Below are positions 40,768-48,416 of a stretch of 64,000 bases of DNA, piece after piece. The notes beneath the pieces were generated by a model that worked only from the letters and a program-made list of their open reading frames with translations, was not told where the DNA came from and did no database searches. Positions within the stretch are counted from its first letter, which is position 1, and each line of letters begins with the position of its first letter. The DNA lies in the IMG/VR virus record IMGVR_UViG_3300046559_000446, positions 64,001-128,000 of that record; one strand, given 5' to 3'. The position numbers and the translations under genes are program-made. This stretch comes from a virus.

Positions 40768-41457
40768 ATGGTGCTTCGTCATGTTGTAATTCGTGGAGTG
40801 GCCGAGATCGGTGACGTGGCCGGCTCGGTCGATCCCGGCTTTGGGCGCCCTGGCTTTGGCGGTCATCCCGATCAGGGCCTTCCCGGCTACGGCCATCCCG
40901 ATCAGGATTTGCCTGGCTACGGACATCCCGATCAGGGTTTGCCTGGTCACGGTCATCCCGATCACGATCTTCCCGGCAGGCGCCCGCGTCCCGATCAGGG
41001 CCTGCCCGGCTACGGTCATCCGGATCAAGGATTGCCTGGCTACGGTCATCCCGACAACAGCCTGCCCGGCTTGCCGGTTTATCCCTCACAGGGTCCAATT
41101 CTTCCGGCCCCTCCCGGCCATCCTATTCCCGTGCCGCGCATTCCCGTGGTGCAAGCCATCGCGCTGCCTGAAGGCGAAACGCTGCCGACTGGCGCGCCCC
41201 ATCGCCCCGGCAGGATTTGCGTGGTGGTTGACGGCGAAACCAAGGCGGTTGGCTGGCTGCAGGGTTCGGATGATCTTCCGGTCGCAGAGCCGAAAGGCGA
41301 TGCGCCTGTGCCTGGCGGTCATTGGGTCGCGGTCGAAGCCTTCCCGCAGGCGCGACCGAAAAAGTGCCCCGATGGCGGCGAAGGCGTCGGCAAGACTGGT
41401 TTTGCCTGGGTGTTTGAGGTGAAGGCCGACTGGGGAACCCAGCCGACGCCGGTCTGA
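40768..41457 (+). CDS. Protein with GYGHPDQGLP decapeptide repeats
   Basis: AGGAG RBS; 7 repeat units. Confidence 0.75.
   Translation: MVLRHVVIRGVAEIGDVAGSVDPGFGRPGFGGHPDQGLPGYGHPDQDLPGYGHPDQGLPGHGHPDHDLPGRRPRPDQGLPGYGHPDQGLPGYGHPDNSLPGLPVYPSQGPILPAPPGHPIPVPRIPVVQAIALPEGETLPTGAPHRPGRICVVVDGETKAVGWLQGSDDLPVAEPKGDAPVPGGHWVAVEAFPQARPKKCPDGGEGVGKTGFAWVFEVKADWGTQPTPV
40861..41070 (+). repeat. 30-bp coding tandem repeat x7
   Basis: ggtcatcccgatcagggccttcccggctac-like units at 40861, 40891, 40921, 40951, 40981, 41014, 41044. Confidence 0.9.
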
Positions 41458-41464
41458 AAACACA

Positions 41465-41501
41465 GAGGGCCGCTTCCAGTACATCCGTGGAAGCGGCCCT
41501 C
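41465..41501. terminator. 14-bp perfect hairpin
   Basis: GAGGGCCGCTTCCA-N9-TGGAAGCGGCCCTC 8 nt after a stop codon; no U tract. Confidence 0.45.
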
Positions 41502-41562
41502 ATACCCTCGGTCGTCACCTTGAGCTTGTCTTACATCAGGAACAAATCAGGTTCAAGCCCTA

Positions 41563-41775
41563 ATGCAGACTTTCAAAAGCGTTTTTGCCGAAGAACTGAA
41601 GAAGCTCCTGCGCGAGCAGATCGAAGCTCAAAAGAACGACCTCGCATACGGCGCCAGCATGACGACCTTCGAAGCCTATCGCGAGGCGGTTGGCGTCATA
41701 CGCGGCCTCAACAACGCCATCGACACCGTCGATGAGGCCGAGCAGAAGGCCAACGACCGCGAGCGCGGCCTCTAA
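41563..41775 (+). CDS. Hypothetical helical head-module protein
   Basis: 70 aa; LAYGA...Y...VGVIRGL pattern preceding the GroES-like gene. Confidence 0.7.
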   Translation: MQTFKSVFAEELKKLLREQIEAQKNDLAYGASMTTFEAYREAVGVIRGLNNAIDTVDEAEQKANDRERGL

Positions 41776-41832
41776 ATCCTATTGTCAGCGCACTGACAGT
41801 GTGCGAGTAATTGCGTGTCACAGGAGACGCGC

Positions 41833-42219
41833 ATGGCCTTTGCCGAAATGCAACATGAACTGGAACCTCGCCTGAAGCTTCTGGATGAGCTTGGTGATCT
41901 GTCAGGGGTCGAACTTTTCCACAATCAGTTGCTGGTCGCGGTCTACATCAGGCCCGAAAAGACCAAGAGCGGCCTGTTCCTGGCCCAGCAGACCCTCAAC
42001 GAGGATCGTTTCCAGTCCAAACTGGGCCTCGTCGTCAAGAAAGGCCCCCAGGCTTTCATCAGCGGCGGCGAATGGCAGTTCCCTGACATCGAACTGCATG
42101 ACTGGATCCTGTTTCGCCCCTCGGATGGCTGGAACATCACCGTCAGCGGCGTTCTGTGCCGCATCCTGACCGATACGGCTGTCAAGGGGCGCATCAGCAG
42201 CCCCGATCTCATTTGGTGA
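41833..42219 (+). CDS. GroES-like co-chaperonin
   Basis: EKTKSGLFL...GLVVKKGPQAF...DWILF...CRILTD; CAGGAG RBS. Confidence 0.75.
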   Translation: MAFAEMQHELEPRLKLLDELGDLSGVELFHNQLLVAVYIRPEKTKSGLFLAQQTLNEDRFQSKLGLVVKKGPQAFISGGEWQFPDIELHDWILFRPSDGWNITVSGVLCRILTDTAVKGRISSPDLIW

Positions 42220-42224
42220 GCGAC

Positions 42225-43070
42225 ATGGCGAAAGATCCGAATAGCATCCCGGCCTTCGATCCGAACACCGATTGGGAGCATGGCGGCAAGGAAGAGCGCG
42301 ATCCGCTGGTCGAACTGCGGGCGCAACTCGACCGCGAGCGCGCCGCGCGCATCGAGGCGGAACGCCGCGCCAACGAATACGCGACCACCGCACACGGCGC
42401 GCAGGTCGAAGTGGCCGACAACGAGCTTAAACTGGTGATCAGCGCCATCGAGCGGGTCAAGGAGCACACCAACGCCCTGAAGGCCGCTTACGCTGAAGCG
42501 ATGCGCAATGGCGATTTTGACAACGCCGCTGAATTTCAGTCGCAGCTTGGCGACAATTCGGCCCGCCTGCTGCAGCTTGAAAACGGCAAGGCGTCAATGG
42601 AGGCGCAGCCGGCGCCGGCGCCGCCGCAGCCGATCAAGACGATCATCGATCCCGTCGAGGAATTGGCGAGCCAGTTGACGGCGAAATCCGCCGCCTGGGT
42701 CCGCGCGCATCCGGAATGCGCCCGCGACAAGAAGCTTTACGCCAAGATGGTCGCCGCCCACAACATCACGGTCGCTCGCGACATCGATCCCGACACGGAC
42801 GATTATTTTCGCTCGGTCGAGGCGCTCGTCTACGACAGGCCCGCAGGCCAAGATTTGGACACCGGCGCCGACGATCCGCAGGCCATGTCCGCCAAGGCGG
42901 CGCCGCAGCGTGAATCGGCCCCGCCGGCTGCGCCTGTCAGCCGTGGGTCGAGCGGCAGGAGCGCCGTGCTGACGCCGCTTGAGCGCGAATACGCCGAGAT
43001 CTCTGGCATGTCCGAGCAGGAATACGCCAAGGCCAAAGAGGAAATGCGCAAAGCTGGGCGCATGCATTGA
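42225..43070 (+). CDS. Putative capsid scaffolding protein
   Basis: Coiled-coil, acidic; C-terminal LTPLEREYAEISGMSEQEYAK; position before the MCP. Confidence 0.65.
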   Translation: MAKDPNSIPAFDPNTDWEHGGKEERDPLVELRAQLDRERAARIEAERRANEYATTAHGAQVEVADNELKLVISAIERVKEHTNALKAAYAEAMRNGDFDNAAEFQSQLGDNSARLLQLENGKASMEAQPAPAPPQPIKTIIDPVEELASQLTAKSAAWVRAHPECARDKKLYAKMVAAHNITVARDIDPDTDDYFRSVEALVYDRPAGQDLDTGADDPQAMSAKAAPQRESAPPAAPVSRGSSGRSAVLTPLEREYAEISGMSEQEYAKAKEEMRKAGRMH

Positions 43071-43080
43071 GGAAAAGATA

Positions 43081-43662
43081 ATGGTCAACCGTCCGCCTCC
43101 GCAGCGTTTCACCACCCAAGAGCCGAGAGTTGAAGAGGCCATGCAGGCGCCTTCTTTCATTGAGCGCCCGCCGCTTCGCCAGCCGGTCGAAACCTCGATG
43201 GACCGCGCCGCCCGGCGCACCTTGGAATTGCGCGGCCACTTCACTAACGGCGTTCTCGACGAGGGCGCCGATGAATTTTACATCAACCCCGCGATCATTC
43301 CGGAAGGGTGGTCATACGAGTGGAAGCTGTTCTCGATCCTCAACGAAGAGCAGTCGTCCTATCAGGTCACTCTGGCCCGCACGGGCTGGGAGCCGGTGCC
43401 GTCGGATCGACATCCCGAATTGATGCCTCGCGGCACTAAGGAAAAGACTGTAATGCGGCGCGGCATGCAGCTTATGGAGCGCCCGCTCGAAATCACGCTG
43501 GAGGCCAAGCAGCTTGAGCGCGACAAGGCCCGCCGCCAGGTTCGCATCAAGGAAGAGCAGCTTACTGCGGCGCCTCCGGGCCAGTTTGGGCGCGACAACA
43601 AGGGTGAACCCTTGACCCGTCTCGGCAAGACTTACGAGGCCATGCCGGTGCCAAATAATTGA
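43081..43662 (+). CDS. Conserved head-module hypothetical protein
   Basis: IPEGWSYEWK...GWEPV...GMQLMERP; GAGG RBS. Confidence 0.7.
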   Translation: MVNRPPPQRFTTQEPRVEEAMQAPSFIERPPLRQPVETSMDRAARRTLELRGHFTNGVLDEGADEFYINPAIIPEGWSYEWKLFSILNEEQSSYQVTLARTGWEPVPSDRHPELMPRGTKEKTVMRRGMQLMERPLEITLEAKQLERDKARRQVRIKEEQLTAAPPGQFGRDNKGEPLTRLGKTYEAMPVPNN

Positions 43663-43670
43663 CGGCGCTT

Positions 43671-43700
43671 GACGGCGCCGTATTTTTGGATGTACAAAAC
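43671..43700 (+). promoter_or_regulatory. Putative promoter for the capsid operon
   Basis: TTGACG-N18-TACAAA; TTGACGGCGC is duplicated. Confidence 0.45.
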
Positions 43701-43800
43701 GTGTACTCGCTTCTCCCCGCTGTGAGAAGCCGTATTTTTCGGACCTCCCCTAGCCCCCGGTGTGGCATAGCAGGTCTTCCTTGAAAGAGGAGGGTGAGCT

Positions 43801-44409
43801 ATGGCCAATATCAATGCGCCTTTCGGGTTCCGGCAGGTCCAGGGTCTGGGCAGCGCCCCGACTTATGAGCACGTCGAAGTCGTCGTCAACTACAACACCG
43901 GCGCCATCTACGAAGGCGACCCCGTGGTTCCGCTTGCTGACGGCACCGTCGGCCCCGCCACGCAGACCCTGGCCGTGCTGGCTTCCGGCATCGCCGGCAT
44001 CTTCAAGGGCTGCAAATATCTTTCCGTTTCGCAGAAGCGCACCGTCTGGTCAAACTACTGGCCCGGCAGCGATGTCGCGTCTGGCAATTCGGTCACCGCT
44101 CAGATCATCAATGATCCGAACGCCCATTTCATTGCGCAGTCCGACGCCACCGGCCTCGGTCTGGCCGATGTCAATGCGCTGATCGGCATCAACATGGGCG
44201 TCCCGAATCCGGCCAACGGCTTCTCCGGAGCCTTCCTCGACACCACGACGCTCGGCACCGCGCTCGATCCGTTTATCATTGTGAGGATCCACCAGCAGCC
44301 CGCTGGCTCCCCCGGCACCTTCGTGCCGAGCGATGCGACGACCAAGCCCTATGACTGGGCCATCGTTCGCTTCAATAACGTCGTCACCCGTGGCCTCACC
44401 GGCATCTGA
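43801..44409 (+). CDS. Putative capsid decoration/cement protein
   Basis: MANINAPFGFRQV...IAGIFKGCKY...DPNAHF; directly before the MCP. Confidence 0.65.
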   Translation: MANINAPFGFRQVQGLGSAPTYEHVEVVVNYNTGAIYEGDPVVPLADGTVGPATQTLAVLASGIAGIFKGCKYLSVSQKRTVWSNYWPGSDVASGNSVTAQIINDPNAHFIAQSDATGLGLADVNALIGINMGVPNPANGFSGAFLDTTTLGTALDPFIIVRIHQQPAGSPGTFVPSDATTKPYDWAIVRFNNVVTRGLTGI

Positions 44410-44437
44410 TCCGGCCATCACAAAGGAGTAACCCGTC

Positions 44438-45352
44438 ATGGCCGTCAATCTTAGCGCCATCAAAGACCTTCTGCTCCCCGGCCTCCGTGGGATCGAGGGC
44501 AAGTACGAGATGATCCCGTCTCAGTACGACAAGATCTTTACCAAGCACAACTCAAAGATGGCGCTGGAGCGCACGGCTGAGATGCGCTACCTGGGCCTCG
44601 CCGCCCTCAAGACTGAAGGCGGGCAGACCCAGTTCGACAACGGCGCCGGCGAGCGTTACGTCTACAACCAGGAGCACGTCGAGATTGGCCTGGGATATGC
44701 GATGACCCGCAAGGCCATCGACGACAACCTCTACAAGACCCAGTTCCATCCCTCCAACCTCGGCCTGATCGAATCCTTCCAGCAAACGAAGGAAATCTAC
44801 GGCGCCAACGTCCTGAATACGGCCCAGGCCTATAATCAGACAATCGGCGGCGACGGCAAGGCGCTCTGCGCGGTCGATCATCCCATCGACAGCGGCCTCG
44901 TCGGCAACACGCCGGCGGTGCAAGTCGATCTCGGTGAATCGACCCTGCTCAACGCCATGATCGGCGTCCGGACCAACTTCAAGGACCAGGCGGGTTTGAA
45001 AGTTTTCGCTCGCGCGCGGAAGCTTATCATCCCGCCGCAATTGGAACCGGTAGCAATTCGTCTTCTCAAGACAGAATTGCGGCCAGGCACGGCAGACAAC
45101 GACGTCAATGCCATCCTCTCGACTTCGGGTGGACTGTCTGAAAGCTTCATGGTCAATGACTTCTTGACCTCGCCCTTCGCCTGGTTCCTTCTCACAAATA
45201 TCGATGGTCTTTCCTTCATGGAAAGAATAAAGTTCGAAACGGATATGCAAGTCGATTTTGTGACCGATAACCTGCTCGTGAAAGGTTACGAGCGGTATTC
45301 GTTCGGTTACTACAACTGGCGAGCAGTCTACGGCAACTTCCCGACCTCGTAA
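44438..45352 (+). CDS. Major capsid protein
   Basis: LLLPGL, ALCAVDHP, LIIPPQLE, NDFLTSPFAWF, YERYSFGYYNWRAVYG; AAGGAG RBS. Confidence 0.85.
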   Translation: MAVNLSAIKDLLLPGLRGIEGKYEMIPSQYDKIFTKHNSKMALERTAEMRYLGLAALKTEGGQTQFDNGAGERYVYNQEHVEIGLGYAMTRKAIDDNLYKTQFHPSNLGLIESFQQTKEIYGANVLNTAQAYNQTIGGDGKALCAVDHPIDSGLVGNTPAVQVDLGESTLLNAMIGVRTNFKDQAGLKVFARARKLIIPPQLEPVAIRLLKTELRPGTADNDVNAILSTSGGLSESFMVNDFLTSPFAWFLLTNIDGLSFMERIKFETDMQVDFVTDNLLVKGYERYSFGYYNWRAVYGNFPTS

Positions 45353-45376
45353 TACTGGCTCAGAAGGAGAAAGCAC

Positions 45377-45841
45377 ATGGGTGCGACACACTTCACGGGG
45401 CCGGTTATCGTAGGCGACCCCGCTGTTTCTCAGGGTGAGCTTGAATTGTATCAAGACACCATGATTACGTTTGCGCAGACGCCTGCGTCTTCGACGCTCA
45501 ACTTCCCGCTCAACATTCCGGCTGGCTCCACCATCATGGGGTTTGAAGTCGCCTTGCTGACATCGTGGGTTGGCCCCGCCACGGCGGTGCTCACTATCGG
45601 CACCGACACCACTACGAACAAGGCCTCGCTCGTCGGCGCGACCGATCTGAAGGCGGCGGCGCCGTTCCCGGCCATGACGCAGTCGGCGGCGAACATCGCC
45701 GCCCAGCGCGGATACACGCTGCTTGGCGTTCCCGCGCCAAATCCGTCGGCGCTCAACATCCAGATCGTCACGGGCGCGGGCGCTCCGAGTGCCGGCGCCG
45801 CGCTGGTGTCCGTCCACTACATCCAAAATCCGTCACCTTGA
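45377..45841 (+). CDS. Virion structural protein (beta-rich)
   Basis: MGATHFTGPV; follows the MCP; AAGGAG RBS. Confidence 0.7.
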   Translation: MGATHFTGPVIVGDPAVSQGELELYQDTMITFAQTPASSTLNFPLNIPAGSTIMGFEVALLTSWVGPATAVLTIGTDTTTNKASLVGATDLKAAAPFPAMTQSAANIAAQRGYTLLGVPAPNPSALNIQIVTGAGAPSAGAALVSVHYIQNPSP

Positions 45842-45851
45842 GGGGGCTTCG

Positions 45852-46094
45852 ATGGGCAAGTTTGAGAAGGGCAAGAAGCCTGCTTTCGGCGGCGGCAACG
45901 AGGATGTTAAGGAAGAGGCTGAAGAGAAGGGCGGCAAGAAAAAGCGTGTAGGCGGGCCGGTTGGCGCGTCTGCTCACTCGCACGGTGGTCGAGCGGCTCG
46001 CAAGAGCGGCGGCGCCTGCGAGAGCCACCTGTTCTCGTCAGCCGCTGCGGGTACGCATGCGCCTGGGCGGAAGCTGATGTCGAAGAAGGATTGA
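45852..46094 (+). CDS. Small basic protein
   Basis: K/G-rich 80 aa with GRAARKSGG motif. Confidence 0.6.
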   Translation: MGKFEKGKKPAFGGGNEDVKEEAEEKGGKKKRVGGPVGASAHSHGGRAARKSGGACESHLFSSAAAGTHAPGRKLMSKKD

Positions 46095-46098
46095 CGCC

Positions 46099-46764
46099 AT
46101 GCGGCCAGTCACCGTCTCCGCTGCGCCTCTGGCCGCCGCCAATACGACGGCTGTTTGCGCGTCACAAGTGCCGCCGGCGGCTCCCGGCGGCGCTCTGGTC
46201 CTGACTTCATATCCGGTCGTCCTTGACCAGGCGCGCCAGCTTGCTTTCACCTCGACCGGCAGCAATGTCGCCACCACATTCACGATCAACGGCACCGACG
46301 CCTTTGGCGCCGCCCAGAGCGAAACTCTCGTCGGCGGCAATAACAGCACGGTCGTCACCACCAAAAACTACAAGACAGTCACCTCGATCACCAGTTCAGT
46401 GACGAGCGCGGGAAGTGTGATTGTCGGCACCAATTCCAGCCCGGCGATCACGTCCTCGGCGTGGGTGCGCTTCGACGATTCCGGCGATCCGGGGGTTGCG
46501 ATCCAGATCAATTCGGCTGGGGCCACCAATATTTCGATCCAGCAGACCCTCGACGATCCCAACAGCCCGACCAATCCGGTTGCGCCCGCCAACGTGAGTT
46601 GGGCGCCGCATCCCGACGCCACTTTGGTCGCCGCCGCCATGGCCACTGGCGCGGTGTTGCAGGGCAACTACGCCTTCAAACCAGTCTTCGCGCGCCTCCT
46701 GCTCAACAGCGGCGCCGGAACGGCGACGGCAACTTTCTGTCAAGCTGGCGGGGCTGATTACTGA
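46099..46764 (+). CDS. Virion structural protein
   Basis: 221 aa, T/S/A-rich beta character; in the late operon. Confidence 0.7.
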   Translation: MRPVTVSAAPLAAANTTAVCASQVPPAAPGGALVLTSYPVVLDQARQLAFTSTGSNVATTFTINGTDAFGAAQSETLVGGNNSTVVTTKNYKTVTSITSSVTSAGSVIVGTNSSPAITSSAWVRFDDSGDPGVAIQINSAGATNISIQQTLDDPNSPTNPVAPANVSWAPHPDATLVAAAMATGAVLQGNYAFKPVFARLLLNSGAGTATATFCQAGGADY

Positions 46765-47150
46765 TGCCTCCCCCCGGCCTATCAAACGGCCACAACAAGC
46801 TGGCCTCCCATCCTGGACTAGCCAAGCCTGGAGGCCTCGGCGGCAGTATCGGTTTGGGGCCGCTCGACGCACCGCTGCTCCGCGATCAAACCCTGACCGT
46901 CAACCTTCCTGTTTCCATAGACGAGAAGATCGGCCAGGCGCGGAACTGGGGTGATATTGCCGACAAGTTCACCATCGTCTCGATTGAGCCGCCCGTCGCC
47001 GGCGGCTATTTCAGCATCAATAAAGCAGGCGAGCTTCACGTCACGCGCCTCGGCGTTTTGCACCTCCGCAGGCGCGAGTATCGCTTGACGGTCGAAGCTG
47101 ATAATGTCGTCGGGTCAGGGCGCGCGGTCATCACGATCAAGGTGGTGTAG
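46764..47150 (+). CDS. Hypothetical protein, Ig/cadherin-like C-terminus
   Basis: TGATG coupling; YFSINKAGEL...YRLTVEADN...AVITIKV. Confidence 0.55.
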   Translation: MPPPGLSNGHNKLASHPGLAKPGGLGGSIGLGPLDAPLLRDQTLTVNLPVSIDEKIGQARNWGDIADKFTIVSIEPPVAGGYFSINKAGELHVTRLGVLHLRRREYRLTVEADNVVGSGRAVITIKVV

Positions 47151-47173
47151 CTGCCCCATCGTAGGGGGTTCGC

Positions 47174-47857
47174 ATGACTTACAGCGACAAGTTCAACTTC
47201 GCCCTGGGACTTAGCGACGTCACCCTCTATGCGTTCGGTCTGTGCGGCATCAGGCGCACCGCGATTCTCCAGGAGCATATGGCCGACGCCTATATCGCGG
47301 CCAATCTCCTCCTGGCCGACTGGTCAACCAAGGGCGTTAATCTCTGGCAGGTTTCCCAGATCTCGATCATCCTGGGCCAGGATGTCGGGATCTACGATGT
47401 GCCGAACGAGGCCATCGTCATGCTCGACACCTTCGTGACGGTCGATGGCAGGGATCGCATCATGATGCCGGTCAGCCGCACCGAATATGCGAGCTACCCC
47501 AACAAGAACCAGCAGGGCGTCCCAAGCGTGTTCTGGATGGACCGCCAGCTTCCAGGGCGCGGCGGCATTCACATCTGGCCGGTGCCGGATCGCGACGGTT
47601 ACGTCCTGACCTACCACTATCTGACGCAGTCGATGTCCTCGAATTTCACCAACGATCAGCAGCCTCCCGTCCCGCCAGAGTGGCTTTACGCCTTCGCTAC
47701 CGGCCTGGCCGAGAAGCTGGCGATGTCCTGGGCGCCAGAGCGCCTGGCCTTTCTTTCGCCCATTGCCGAAAAGGCCTATGATACCGCCTCGCGCAGCGGC
47801 GTCGAAACCGCCCAGCAATACATCAGCCCGCAGATCGGCGGCTACTTCAGGAATTGA
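47174..47857 (+). CDS. Head-tail adaptor / tail tubular protein A-like
   Basis: LLLADWSTKGVNLW, Y..YPNK..QG.P...W.DRQ, PPEW...GLA..LA. Confidence 0.7.
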   Translation: MTYSDKFNFALGLSDVTLYAFGLCGIRRTAILQEHMADAYIAANLLLADWSTKGVNLWQVSQISIILGQDVGIYDVPNEAIVMLDTFVTVDGRDRIMMPVSRTEYASYPNKNQQGVPSVFWMDRQLPGRGGIHIWPVPDRDGYVLTYHYLTQSMSSNFTNDQQPPVPPEWLYAFATGLAEKLAMSWAPERLAFLSPIAEKAYDTASRSGVETAQQYISPQIGGYFRN

Positions 47858-47867
47858 GGAGTGAGCC

Positions 47868-48416
47868 GTGGGCTACGCATCGAAGCTCGGTCGAGCCAGG
47901 ATCAATTCCCGCAATCCGCAGGCGGCGGCGATCTGCGACCGATGCGGCTTCGTCTATAATCACGTCGATCTTCAATTCCAGTTCGACTGGGCCGGCGCGA
48001 CGACAGTCAACAAGCAGATCTTGGTCTGCAACAATTGCCTCGATACGCCACAGCAGCAGCTTCGCGCCATCGTCATTCCCGCCGATCCGATGCCGATCAG
48101 CAACCCGCGCCCGCAGGAATATCGCGTAGCGGAGGCGAACGTGCGCGTGACGACCAATCGCTACGTGCCAGACGGCAAGACCGGCATTCCGGTTCCGGAT
48201 CTCAATCCGCCGCCCACGGCGAGCGGTCAGCCTACCCAGCCCGCAGGGACGACGCGCACCACGCAAGTTAACGACACCCGCGTCACCCAGCAAACCGGCG
48301 CACCCAACGGCACTCTGAACCAGCAGCCCGGCACCGATCCGAATGCGCCTGGCAACGATGATCCGGGTCTGCCTTACCGCAACGTGGATGTTCCAAACAC
48401 GGGGCCGCTCAAATAA
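47868..48416 (+). CDS. Hypothetical protein with zinc-ribbon-like N-terminus
   Basis: AICDRCGFVY...VCNNCLD..Q.Q...DP.P..NPRP. Confidence 0.7.
   Translation: MGYASKLGRARINSRNPQAAAICDRCGFVYNHVDLQFQFDWAGATTVNKQILVCNNCLDTPQQQLRAIVIPADPMPISNPRPQEYRVAEANVRVTTNRYVPDGKTGIPVPDLNPPPTASGQPTQPAGTTRTTQVNDTRVTQQTGAPNGTLNQQPGTDPNAPGNDDPGLPYRNVDVPNTGPLK

Noticed and set aside
40861-41070. CRISPR array
   Set aside because: Contiguous 30-bp coding repeats without unique spacers; no cas genes. The Cas4-like fold at 9137 is a phage DUF2800-type nuclease.
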